From a virus: 64,000 nucleotides of DNA. The notes beneath the pieces are model-generated. The model was not told the origin of the DNA. It did not search any database and saw only the letters and a list, made by a program, of their open reading frames with translations. Of this stretch, positions 1 through 9,577 are shown in pieces. The translations under genes and the position numbers were made by a program. Location: IMG/VR virus record IMGVR_UViG_2554235236_000002, one strand, 5' to 3'. Positions within the stretch are counted from its first letter, which is position 1, and each line of letters begins with the position of its first letter.

Positions 1-917
1 GGGGAGAGGGAGCCATTATCTTTTGCTTTTTGCAGCTCTTTATATTTTTGTATTAACTGATCGGTCTGTTCTTTATTTGTGGTTATTGCTTCGACACTTT
101 TCTTTTGTGACTCTGCAAGCTTTTCTTGTTCTTGTTTAGCATCAGAATAAGCAGAGACAAGTTTTTCGATTACGAAGCCTAAAGCCATGAAACCTGCCAT
201 AGGCAGTACAGCACCTGCAAGAAAAGCCATTGTTGTTCGAGCGGTAGTTTTTAATGTAGCTAACGTAATATTTAAAAAGCGGGCTCTTATTGCTGCTCCA
301 GTCATGGAAGACGAAAAGGCAGTTAACGATGTAGGGAAGTTGTTAAGCAGTCTTAAGAATAAGTTCCCATTAGCTATGGCTCCGGTTCTAAGTGAAGCGT
401 TAAAGAGTAATACCGCAGTAGTTGCAATGCCAAAAACTTGAGGAAGGAGTCCGATTGTTTTTGTTATACCTGTTCCGATTTGAACAAGGTCTTTTAGAGT
501 TTCTGTAAGTGCAACTATGCCATCTGAAACTACTGCATCCCCAGAGGCTAAGCTCAATTCTGTCCACGCGTTTGATAATCGATTTATTCTTGCCTGGAGA
601 CTTTCTGAATATTTTTCCTGTTCTTTCCATGCGCTTCCGGTTGATTCCGCAGCCGTTGTTGCCGAATCCTGGGCAAGCTGGAATTGGTTCATAAGTGCAT
701 TAAATCGAGATAACTGGTAAATTCCGGAAACGCCTATTGCAGTTTGCCGTTTTTGTGCCTCAGAAAGACCGTCCCATTTGGAACTAAGCTCTTCAATTAG
801 TTCACTTGCGCTTTTAGCTTCTCCACTCGCTGTTTTAACAGAGATGCCAATTTGATCTAAAGCTTTTATTGAGCTTTCATTGTTTCCGATTCTCGCAAAG
901 ATTGTTTTTAAGGCGTT
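1..917 (-). CDS. yomI: Tail tape-measure protein, exon 3 (runs off window)
   Basis: Open frame NALKTIFARIGNNESSIKALDQIGISVKT... continues to position 1 without a stop. Confidence 0.9.
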
Positions 918-1140
918 CAATTCTGTTACTTTCACCAAAAGGCTACTGACCATATAATATGGCGGTGAGGCACTTCAACCTCACTCTCTATGTTTCCATA
1001 GAGTTCAGACTGTCGCTTCACATTTCTGCGTCTCTTCACTCAGTCGTTCAGGCTGCCATTACGCTTGCCCCTTGTCGTCCTCGACTAAACGTTAGGATTT
1101 CCAAGTCAATCAGAAGAGATTTAATGTCAGCAATCATTTT
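918..1140 (-). ncRNA. Group I intron (223 nt, no ORF) in the tape-measure gene
   Basis: P1: exon UGUCGGU pairs with IGS GCUGACA, with the U-G wobble at the splice site. P3 UCUCUUC/GAAGAGA, P7 GACUG/CAGUC, terminal G at 918. Removal gives ...NIVG-NALKTIFARIG. Confidence 0.92.
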
Positions 1141-1308
1141 ACCGACAATGTTACCGGATTCACGCGTAGTGCTACCAATGGCGGTAGTATATCCTATTAA
1201 GTCGTTTAATTCTACACCAAAGGTTGAAGCGGTCGCGCCAGCCTTCCTTATGGAGTTAGCCAGGTCTTGTGTTGTAACTGCATAGTTGTTGTCGACTTCA
1301 TTTAATTT
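1141..1308 (-). CDS. yomI: Tail tape-measure protein, exon 2 (56 codons: KLNEVDNNYAVTTQDLANSIRKAGATASTFGVELNDLIGYTTAIGSTTRESGNIVG)
   Basis: 168 nt, in frame with both flanking exons; typical TMP motif. Confidence 0.9.
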
Positions 1309-1584
1309 CGAATAATACCCTCGGTTTCCCGATACTTAGAGTAGGGGACTAGACTATATCTTCATCCCATTGGGATGCCCAGCGCTTCGAACAGTAGCTC
1401 AAAATCTGCTCTACACCATAAAGGTTAGTCGTTACACCTTCCTAAAATAGGCTTGGCACGGTATTGTCATAGGATTACTCCCTTAGAGTTCCACCGTTAG
1501 CATCCTTAGAAGAGGACACACCCCTGAGCAATAGGGTTCACTGGGTTTACGCTTATACATTACTGTATAAGGCGACTATAATTA
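1309..1584 (-). ncRNA. Group I intron (IA2-like, 276 nt, no homing endonuclease ORF) in the tape-measure gene
   Basis: Exon ends in U (GAU); intron ends in G (1309). P3 CCCAGUG/CGCUGGG, P7 GACUA/UAGUC, P10 UAAUU/AAUUA. Removal restores ...IAD-KLNEVDNN. Confidence 0.92.
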
Positions 1585-2976
1585 ATCGGCAATTGAAATT
1601 GAGTCTTCTGCAGCAACATTAAAGTTTAACATTGCACTTGTCAAAGTATTGACTGTTTCATCTACGGACAGATTTGATACGTTTTGAAGAACTTCTGCAG
1701 TTTTAGTAACGCTTCCTAGTTCAGCTTCATCAAATCCCATTCTCCCAAATGAACTTGTCATTTGAAGAATATCTGAAATCTTGTTGGAAAGCTGATCTCC
1801 CATCTCAACTGCTTCCTGCAACATATCATTGAACTTATAATTAGGTTCATCCATAACCCTGCGAATTTCAGTCATAAGTGTGTCAATTTGAATAACTTGA
1901 TCGACCATCGACTGCAACCCGCGAATTGGCCCCATGAACATAGTCATACCAGCAAACCACACCGGTATGCGGGCGGCAGCGACTCCTAACTGTTCAACAA
2001 ACCCCATTGTCTGCCTTGTAGTAGCAGCAATGTTAGAGGACATTTCCCTAAACTGCATATTAAGACTAGCCATCTGATTTCTTAGATTAGGTGTCCTTGC
2101 AGACAATTGATTAACTGAATTCAAATACTGCTGAAGTTGTAAATTACTTGCCTGGCTCAATGAGCTGCCGTATCTGTTTTGTAAGTTCTGAGTATTTACC
2201 TGGGCTTGTCTTCTATATAGTTCTAACTGCCTTTCAAGCTCTTTAGTCTTTGCAACTGCTGCTGACTTGTCATCAAGAGTCTTAAGCTTGACTCTGAGTG
2301 CTTCAATTTGTTCTGTAGACTGAGCTAAATTAATTTTTCTTCCAAGAGAGGAGAGGGTGACTTCAGACAGTTGCCCTTGCTCTTTTAGTCTTTGTAAGCT
2401 TACTCTAAGCTGTTCGATTGCCTTTCTTTGTTGATCAAGATTTGTTACAGTGGTTGAGTTTTTAATATTCCCATTTTGGTCGAGATTGTACGTAATATCC
2501 TTAAAACCATCACGATTTTTTTGAGTAGTGCCTGTCTTAATGCCTTGAGCATTTTGCCTTTCAATTATCTTTTGAGCTTGGCCAAGCTTTTGAATTTCAG
2601 AGGTTAATTTTGCTGTTTCCTGAGCTTCTTGACGAACCTTTTGATTTCGATTATCAATCGTCTTAATTTCTCGCTGAAGTATTTCACCATTCTTTTTGTG
2701 CTGCTGAATGATTTTTTCAGTTGTCCCATCAGAATTCTTAATGACCGTTTGTGTTTCTTTGACTGTTTGATTGTAATTCTTAAGATTTTTTTGATATGCT
2801 TCAACTGCAGAAGAGAATTCTTTGAGGGTTTTTAAAGCGGAAGCATCAATGTTTGTTTTGAGTTGAAGGGAGTTTAACTTAGATTGTAGTGTTTTAAGCT
2901 GTTTGTTGATTTGTTCGACTGATTGAGCGGAGGTGTCGGCAACTGGAGTAACTACAATTTTCAATTGTTGACTCAA
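1585..2976 (-). CDS. yomI: Tail tape-measure protein, exon 1
   Basis: MSQQLKIVV... coiled-coil protein with TMP motifs; the ORF stops at ...SISIAD exactly at a group I 5' splice site. Confidence 0.9.
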
Positions 2977-3022
2977 TTAATAATCACATCCTTTCAGAGC
3001 GGAGAATGGGGGAGAGGTGGAC

Positions 3023-3053
3023 AAAAATAAAAAACTCTGCATTCAAGCAGAGT
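3023..3053 (-). terminator. Intrinsic terminator-like hairpin
   Basis: ACTCTGC/GCAGAGT stem followed by a T-rich tail on the minus strand. Confidence 0.55.
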
Positions 3054-3065
3054 CAAGAAAATCAT

Positions 3066-3326
3066 TTATTTTATGTATAGCGGTTCATCTTCTTCATCAA
3101 TTTCTTCAGTATCCTCAATTTCAAGCCCCATATTAGAGGCTTGAAGGGTTATGTTGTCACCATCAAAATTTGTTAATGTTATTTCTTTAAGTTCTTCAAA
3201 TTCACCAAAGTCCAAAAGATCATATTCTGTAAGTCGTTTTGCTTCATCTTCTGAGTTTCCAAGTGTTGTGTGGCAAGCGGCTATAGTTAACGTTAAGTGA
3301 TTAACGAATTTTTTCACTTTGTTCAC
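3066..3326 (-). CDS. Small acidic phage protein (86 aa)
   Basis: ORF with RBS directly upstream of the tape-measure gene. Confidence 0.75.
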   Translation of the reverse strand: MNKVKKFVNHLTLTIAACHTTLGNSEDEAKRLTEYDLLDFGEFEELKEITLTNFDGDNITLQASNMGLEIEDTEEIDEEDEPLYIK

Positions 3327-3340
3327 CAGTCCTTTTTAAT

Positions 3341-5551
3341 TTATGAGGTGACTTGAATTTCCGACGGCATCTTGTTCATTGTCAAATGGCTTAGCTTCTG
3401 TCTGACGCCATAAAATCTTTTCTTTAAGTCCTCAGGAAACAAAAAAATAAAATCATATTCTTTAATGTTTTTATAGTAATCAATTTTTTTCATTGTTTTA
3501 TTCTTGTATTTTTTTAGCAAAGCGTTAGGAGGATTTTCTACATACATTCCAAAGTACTCAATATATACTACCTTTCCGCACTCAGGAAAGATAACAAAGT
3601 CAGGCGTGTACCATCTTCCTCTGCCTTCGTTACTTAACACAAACGAATGCTCACTTTTATACTCTACTCCAATTGGTTTTATTGATTTGATTTTCATTTC
3701 ATTTTTAATGAATTCATAAATCTCTACTTCTTCAAAACTGTCGCAAACGAAACCATCGCTCGTTATAAAAACATTAAAATCATTTGGATTCCATAAATGT
3801 TCATATTCGGGAAATGCACTACAGCACCACTGATAATAATTGTCAAAGTGACTTTTCCAAATAACTTTATTAAACTTTTCATAACCAAATTTGATAAGCC
3901 CTGACCGATTAACTTTTTTAGGGATATCAAGGGGATCTTTTATATTTAGGCGATATAAAATGAGTTCTTTCATCATATCGACAAGAAGTTCTTTAGTGTA
4001 TTGATTCCATTGATGCCACTCCCACTTGAATAAAATTTTATCTTTTTTAATAGAAGGAAAGGCTTCAATTAAGACCTCATATAAACTATTATAATACTTA
4101 GTATAATTAAAGAATGAATATACATCCTTACTTGTGAAGTTGTTTCTCAACCATTTCTTCAACTTTTCTGTACTGGTTAAAAAAGGTTCAATACCATGAT
4201 CGTAACAATAAGTTTTAATTGCAAGTATTCTATTTTCTTTGTCATCCCAAAAGCCAGTTGGGCTATGGGAAAAATCAAAAAGATGGATTTCTCTATCAAA
4301 TTTAGGGTGTAATACTCCCCTTGAATTTAAATACCAATGAAGCAGTCTCGTTGTTGAATGATTAAATTTTGTACTTGCAAAGGATTTTATTTTTTGATTT
4401 ACGGTATTTTGAGTCAAATTTAAAATATCCTCAATTGATAAGCGCTTTTTCTTTATCCAATAATCTAAATATTTTAAAATATCATCTTCATCCTGTGTAT
4501 AAAAGCTCAACTCGTATCGCTTTATATTTTTGTCAGGAAAACATAGATTTAAAAACCTTAATCGATCTGAGAATTTTTTATACAGGTGCCATATCTTATA
4601 TCTTTTCATTAGTTCTTTATTAAAAACGTGATTGTCACACAATTCTTTTTTACTTAGTTTTAAAAAGTCACTTAGAACAAATCTGCAAATCTTTATAACA
4701 TTTTTTTCTGTATTGCAGAATTCAGGCATCAATCCAATCTTTCCATCATAATAAAGTTTCCACCACTCAATAGGGTCTATGTCTTCGAATTTTTCAAAAA
4801 TGATACCATTCTTTCTGTACCTGAGCATGTTTGCATTGTGACCTTCACATTTTTTACAAGTGGTTTTCAATCCGTATTTTCCTAAATGATGAGCACTAAA
4901 ATTTTGATTGTCAAAAGGCTTTACTTCTTTACATTGGCGACACTTATAAAAAGAAGGTTTATTATTTGCTTTCTGAATACTAGATATTTTTTTATTTCTA
5001 GTTTCTTTTTTTAATGGATAAATGAACTGGTAAATATCAGGAAAGCTTTTGGTGTTAAAATGTTTATAGTATTGAGTGCGACTAACGTATCCTTTTTTAT
5101 TTGTCATGTCTTTTTCAGAAGGGAAGCATTTGTTTTCTTCACAAAATCTTATCACTTCATTAACAAGTGCTTTTTGCACATCATTTAGATTGTCAAATTC
5201 ACTTGTTAATTCGTAAATAGTGCCTTTATATTTTCTTGAGTTGCATTTCTTAAATTCAAAATTATCAACGCTCCTAATTTCACTATATTTTTTCCCGGAG
5301 CATGCTCTACAACAATACTTTGTTTGTTTTTCTTTAATAACACGTCTGTAGTAATTGTTATAGACTGTTGTTTTAATTTTATTGCAATAATCACATTTGA
5401 CTCTAACACTTGCCTCACTTCCCTTAGTAAGATGTTCTGCTTTAACAGTAAATGTTTTTCCTAGCCCCGTATACATATAGCCCAATTCAATAAAATGTTT
5501 TTTATTTCTTGCATTCCAAACAACATCTACGAGCTGATTTTCTAATATCAT
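3341..5551 (-). CDS. Large multi-domain putative free-standing (homing) endonuclease with a C-terminal PD-(D/E)XK-like domain
   Basis: N-terminal zinc ribbon (VKCDYC...YCCRAC), HNH-associated-type repeat (FPSEKDM...SRTQYYKHF), second CxxC-CxxC finger, and C-terminal DSFEEVEI...YTPDFVI...YIEYFG...KKIDYY. Confidence 0.65.
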   Translation of the reverse strand: MILENQLVDVVWNARNKKHFIELGYMYTGLGKTFTVKAEHLTKGSEASVRVKCDYCNKIKTTVYNNYYRRVIKEKQTKYCCRACSGKKYSEIRSVDNFEFKKCNSRKYKGTIYELTSEFDNLNDVQKALVNEVIRFCEENKCFPSEKDMTNKKGYVSRTQYYKHFNTKSFPDIYQFIYPLKKETRNKKISSIQKANNKPSFYKCRQCKEVKPFDNQNFSAHHLGKYGLKTTCKKCEGHNANMLRYRKNGIIFEKFEDIDPIEWWKLYYDGKIGLMPEFCNTEKNVIKICRFVLSDFLKLSKKELCDNHVFNKELMKRYKIWHLYKKFSDRLRFLNLCFPDKNIKRYELSFYTQDEDDILKYLDYWIKKKRLSIEDILNLTQNTVNQKIKSFASTKFNHSTTRLLHWYLNSRGVLHPKFDREIHLFDFSHSPTGFWDDKENRILAIKTYCYDHGIEPFLTSTEKLKKWLRNNFTSKDVYSFFNYTKYYNSLYEVLIEAFPSIKKDKILFKWEWHQWNQYTKELLVDMMKELILYRLNIKDPLDIPKKVNRSGLIKFGYEKFNKVIWKSHFDNYYQWCCSAFPEYEHLWNPNDFNVFITSDGFVCDSFEEVEIYEFIKNEMKIKSIKPIGVEYKSEHSFVLSNEGRGRWYTPDFVIFPECGKVVYIEYFGMYVENPPNALLKKYKNKTMKKIDYYKNIKEYDFIFLFPEDLKKRFYGVRQKLSHLTMNKMPSEIQVTS

Positions 5552-5649
5552 TTAGTAATTTCACTCCTTCTGGGAGAAGGGTGAATTAATTTTTTGATAT
5601 CTTCATTATTTTCTTTGTAACTACATATTTTATTATATTGACTCATTCT

Positions 5650-5871
5650 CTATTCTCCCTTTTGAAAACCATCCCAAGAAATTTTCACATTATGTACTTT
5701 GACTGTCTCTAGAGCTCTTCCATTCTTGTGTAGTAGAGTCAATTCAGTTAAATCAACTCGATCATCGGATATGGCATAGTATGAATCAAGCAGTGTCAAA
5801 CAATTGCTTGAAGCTGCTGTTTTGCGTGAAACGGTAAGAATAATAGTGCCATACACATTTGTGCTCGACAT
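5650..5871 (-). CDS. Hypothetical protein (73 aa), first gene of the endonuclease operon
   Basis: ORF with RBS (GAGGA) downstream of a sigma-A promoter. Confidence 0.7.
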   Translation of the reverse strand: MSSTNVYGTIILTVSRKTAASSNCLTLLDSYYAISDDRVDLTELTLLHKNGRALETVKVHNVKISWDGFQKGE

Positions 5872-5892
5872 TGTTAGTCATCCTCTCAATTT

Positions 5893-5934
5893 ATTATGAC
5901 ACTATTATGACACCATTAAGACACTGATGTCAAT
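5893..5934 (-). promoter_or_regulatory. Sigma-A promoter overlapped by three tandem 11-bp repeats (putative Arc operator)
   Basis: Minus strand TTGACA...TGtCATAAT; repeats attatgacact / attatgacacc / attaagacact at 5893-5925. Confidence 0.7.
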
Positions 5935-6022
5935 TAAATATCTACTTTTTTATTCGATTAATTTGTGTTAGTATTCTGTATGTGTGGTTAGTGTAAAGCA
6001 GTGTAAGTAAGGGGAGGGTTCC

Positions 6023-6181
6023 ATGTCAAAGGAGATTGAACGAATGACATTAAGGCTTCCTAAGGAGCTTCATTCTAAGCTTGTTAAAGAAGCGGACGAC
6101 AATATGAGAAGCTTAAATGGACAGATAGTGCACATTCTAAAAGAATTTATGGACAATCAAAATAAAGAAGATAATAAATAA
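6023..6181 (+). CDS. Arc-family ribbon-helix-helix DNA-binding protein (52 aa, not in ORF track)
   Basis: MSKEIERMTLRLPKELHSKLVKEADDNMRSLNGQIVHILKEF: Arc signature LRLP...RSLN; RBS GGGGAGG. Confidence 0.88.
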   Translation: MSKEIERMTLRLPKELHSKLVKEADDNMRSLNGQIVHILKEFMDNQNKEDNK

Positions 6182-6190
6182 GTCGCCCAA

Positions 6191-6847
6191 TTAATGAGCG
6201 ACTTGATTTGTTTTTCTTATAGCTAATTCCAGAACACCTTGCCAATATTCAGCTTTCTTTAATGCATAAGACACTGTAGAGTCTTCTTTGTTCCATCCTT
6301 TATCAATTCTACGATTTAACTTATCACGAGTAGGGAGGAAATCAATATAATAAACTGGATTTTCAAAATCTTCATTTGTGATCTTTAACCGAATTCTTTT
6401 CACAGTGTTTATGCCTGTGGTATTGGGAGAACTCCCGCCAATAATTGCTCCAACTCCACCAGCAATTGCACCTCCAATTAAAGCTCCAGCTACTTGTTGA
6501 CCTCGTGAAGCTTTCATAACCGTTGTATCATCAATAAGTATTTCTGAATCGACAATTTTATCAAAGGGGATAGCAACTTCATGAATCGTCCCATTAGGGG
6601 GCATTCTATATATTTTAAATAGCTCATTTTCTGAATTGAAGGCAATTTTCATTTTCCCGTCAGGATTTATATATGATTTATTCGGAGAAAAATCTAAATC
6701 ATATTGATCAAGGTTTTTTCGGTCTTTTTTAATAATCTCTTTTCGTTTTTCTTCTTGCTTTTTACTCTCAGACAGTGCATATCCGAAGAAAACAATAAAC
6801 CCTGCAATAATTAACATTGCGATAAACACACCAAACCACCTCATCAC
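6191..6847 (-). CDS. yomJ: YomJ-like membrane-anchored protein (putative superinfection immunity)
   Basis: N-terminal TM helix, GAIAGGVGAIIGG motif and C-terminal YIDFLPT...AEYWQGVL, resembling SPbeta YomJ; syntenic. Confidence 0.75.
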   Translation of the reverse strand: MMRWFGVFIAMLIIAGFIVFFGYALSESKKQEEKRKEIIKKDRKNLDQYDLDFSPNKSYINPDGKMKIAFNSENELFKIYRMPPNGTIHEVAIPFDKIVDSEILIDDTTVMKASRGQQVAGALIGGAIAGGVGAIIGGSSPNTTGINTVKRIRLKITNEDFENPVYYIDFLPTRDKLNRRIDKGWNKEDSTVSYALKKAEYWQGVLELAIRKTNQVAH

Positions 6848-7042
6848 ACAACAATATGCCTACAGTATACCACAATTTTCTTTCTCAGGAATGTTTATCT
6901 TGAGCAGAAGGGAAGAGGGAGCTGCTACTTCTCTCTCAAATTCCACCTGTTCCATTCACTCCCTAAAGTGTGTAAAACCTAATCATATTTCTATTTTCCT
7001 TTTTATTGAAATGAGGTTATAATATGGATAAACAGGGGAGGG

Positions 7043-7489
7043 ATGATCATGAAAAAATTATTGGCTTGTACGGTGTTAACATTATTACTGGTTTTGAATT
7101 TCAATGTGCAGAATTCAATGGCAAAGATTACAAGAGATCAGACAAAAGTGAGCTTTACAATGACTGAAGATAACACGGGTTTTTTTATGTCCGATGATAC
7201 TAATCCAAATTATTATCCAACTTGGCTTTATTACAGGTTTACAATATTTAATGCGGAAGAATGTACACTGAACATTAAGCTGCAGAGGATTACATTAGCT
7301 GGAGATCATAGAACGTTAAGCGAGAAAGAGTTTACTGGAAATCATTTTGATTTTAGCGCAACGGACAAAGTGGCGGGAACGCCGTTCAGGAATCATTACC
7401 TGGACATCACTAAGGTGTCAGATGGGTGTGGAGACGTCAAAATTAAAGGTTTTTACGGCTTTGAACATGAGGAGCCGGACTGGAATTAA
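7043..7489 (+). CDS. Secreted protein with Sec signal peptide, resembles B. subtilis YoaW
   Basis: MKKLLACTVLTLLLVLNF signal peptide; C-terminal GCGDVKIKGFYGFEHE; own promoter TTGAAA-TATAAT. Confidence 0.7.
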   Translation: MIMKKLLACTVLTLLLVLNFNVQNSMAKITRDQTKVSFTMTEDNTGFFMSDDTNPNYYPTWLYYRFTIFNAEECTLNIKLQRITLAGDHRTLSEKEFTGNHFDFSATDKVAGTPFRNHYLDITKVSDGCGDVKIKGFYGFEHEEPDWN

Positions 7490-7740
7490 TTTAAAACATT
7501 TCATGTCTCTACAAGCACTTGAAAGGGGAGAAGCGGTTATACTTTATTTAACGCCTCAATAAAAACGCTGCCTAAACAATTTTTCTCTCCTTTCAAGATC
7601 ATTTCAATTATCACCACATTGGCTTATGAGAGCTACTTCAGAGGAATACCATTTCTCAAGGGCTTCCTCGAATATTTCTAATACTTCACTTTTGCTCATG
7701 AATTTTTCACCTGCAACTTCAAAAATAAAAAAGACATCCA

Positions 7741-8214
7741 TCAGGACGCCTTTACTTTCTCTTTTTCAGCTTTAACTTGCTCCAGTAAGCTTTTTAAATA
7801 AACAGCGCTAATACGTCTTCTCATTTCTCTCCCAATTTTAAATAGCGTTGGCACAATTAATGTGCCAGTTACTACTATTGCCCATCCAATATTAACCTTA
7901 ATATACAAATTTACAACAATCGTTATTAAAGAAATTAAGGCAGCCAAATATTTGGAATGATCAAATTGAGCTTCAATTTTAGTCACCTTTGCTATCCCAT
8001 AAAATAATCCATCATTGTCAAGACCTCGTAAAAGGTTTAACATATCAACACAATTTCCTTCAGATTTAACTGAAAAGCAAGTTTCGATAAATTCATGAAA
8101 TTCTTTATCCGTTGCAGTTAAGAAAAAATGTTTGGTGTCTGCCTTATTCCAGCTTTTCACTTCTTCCAAATCTATCTTATTTTTCTTTCTTCTAAACGGC
8201 CACATATCACACAT
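7741..8214 (-). CDS. Two-TM membrane protein, paralog A
   Basis: Two hydrophobic helices; C-terminus YLKSLLEQVKAEKEK shared with its neighbour. Confidence 0.8.
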   Translation of the reverse strand: MCDMWPFRRKKNKIDLEEVKSWNKADTKHFFLTATDKEFHEFIETCFSVKSEGNCVDMLNLLRGLDNDGLFYGIAKVTKIEAQFDHSKYLAALISLITIVVNLYIKVNIGWAIVVTGTLIVPTLFKIGREMRRRISAVYLKSLLEQVKAEKEKVKAS

Positions 8215-8302
8215 TCACCTCAAAGTAATTATCGGTTACAATTGAAAAATTTCAAAGAGATGAGGGGAAACCTCCACATACATCAAATATAAAAGACATC
8301 CA

Positions 8303-8758
8303 TTAGGATGCCTTCTCCATTTCAGACTTTACCTGTTCGAGTAAACTTCTATATTTAATTGCTCTTGAACGATTGCTACTTCCTCTCTTAATAGAAAACA
8401 ATAATACAATAAACGTAAAATAGGCTACTATGAGCCCCGAAAGCTTAAGGCTCTCATGATCCGTATACAAATTCATGACTTGACTAACCATAAATACTGA
8501 TACTGCAACAAATCCAGGCACAGTTTTTGAATTATCATAGAACTCCTCAATTTCCTTAATTCTTGCAATTCCAAGTATAAGGGTATCCATGTCGAGACCT
8601 CTAATTCTTTGCAGCTCAGCTTTTTTGTCTTTATCAGATTTGTAATCAAAATATTCTCTAATGTATTTGATTATTTGATAATCACCCCATTCAAGCAACA
8701 CCATATTTAAATCTTTCGGCTCTCTTTTGGGGTTATTCTTCATTCTAAACCGCGACAT
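8303..8758 (-). CDS. Two-TM membrane protein, paralog B
   Basis: C-terminus YRSLLEQVKSEMEKAS; duplicated promoter and terminator flanks. Confidence 0.8.
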   Translation of the reverse strand: MSRFRMKNNPKREPKDLNMVLLEWGDYQIIKYIREYFDYKSDKDKKAELQRIRGLDMDTLILGIARIKEIEEFYDNSKTVPGFVAVSVFMVSQVMNLYTDHESLKLSGLIVAYFTFIVLLFSIKRGSSNRSRAIKYRSLLEQVKSEMEKAS

Positions 8759-8833
8759 CTTGATTCACCTCAAAGTGATTATCGGTCACAATTGGAAAAT
8801 TTTAAAGAGTGGACAGGGGAAGAATGGATAAAT

Positions 8834-8847
8834 AGAACATTAGTTCC
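8834..8847. promoter_or_regulatory. LexA/DinR SOS box
   Basis: aGAAC-atta-GTTCc matches the GAAC-N4-GTTC core and overlaps the -35 of a TGtTATAAT promoter for 8897. Confidence 0.7.
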
Positions 8848-8896
8848 TTAAATGGTCTATTTATGTTATAATTTTTATTGAAAAGGGGGCATTTTA

Positions 8897-9562
8897 GTGA
8901 ACGAATATCTCGCTTTACAAAAAGCAATAGGGAACCATATTGAACAAATGAAAAAGCTGCAAATAAACAGAGTACAGAAATTGTATGACCTAGTAAATGA
9001 AACTAATAACCTTCAACAAAACATATATAAAAATATACCTACAACAGTATTCTCCTTAACATCTCAGCTTGACTCGATTTACAAACAACTTAATACTGCA
9101 TCTTTGCATCAATCAGTTACTAAACAATTGCTTTCTTCGTATAAACCATACGCTTCATTCCAGAATCTAATAGATTCTATAAATGATTTCAGCAATTTAG
9201 ATGTAAGCAAAATTAACTTTTCTGTTGCAGATGAGTTGATAATTGATGATCCAAGCGAACTTGAAAATAAAAAGTATATTGAAGAAGCAGATGAATTTAT
9301 TCAGGAGCAGCACCTAGAAGAGGGGAATGTCACAGCAGAAGATATAAACAACACTATAGAAAAAGCTGATAAGACTCTTAATCCGTATACAAAACTTTAT
9401 GTGTTTCAAACAATTCTCTTTTTCGTACTAATGGCTATCTATATTCAAATAGGTGGGGAGGAAGCACTTGGGATCAACTTTCAAGAGTTTGTTGAAACAT
9501 ATATGGGGTTTAATGCAATACGAACTGTCACCAAGTCATCTGAAAATAACAACAGAGAATAA
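8897..9562 (+). CDS. Hypothetical protein (221 aa, C-terminal TM segment)
   Basis: ORF with RBS, behind the SOS-box promoter. Confidence 0.75.
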   Translation: MNEYLALQKAIGNHIEQMKKLQINRVQKLYDLVNETNNLQQNIYKNIPTTVFSLTSQLDSIYKQLNTASLHQSVTKQLLSSYKPYASFQNLIDSINDFSNLDVSKINFSVADELIIDDPSELENKKYIEEADEFIQEQHLEEGNVTAEDINNTIEKADKTLNPYTKLYVFQTILFFVLMAIYIQIGGEEALGINFQEFVETYMGFNAIRTVTKSSENNNRE

Positions 9563-9577
9563 ATTGGAGGTTGAACA

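Noticed and set aside
187-1285. Plus-strand ORFs 187-441, 509-694, 517-720 and 959-1285
   Set aside because: Antisense shadows of the tape-measure exons and introns; no RBS
918-1584. Homing endonuclease inside the introns
   Set aside because: Both introns are under 280 nt, with no ORF of relevant size
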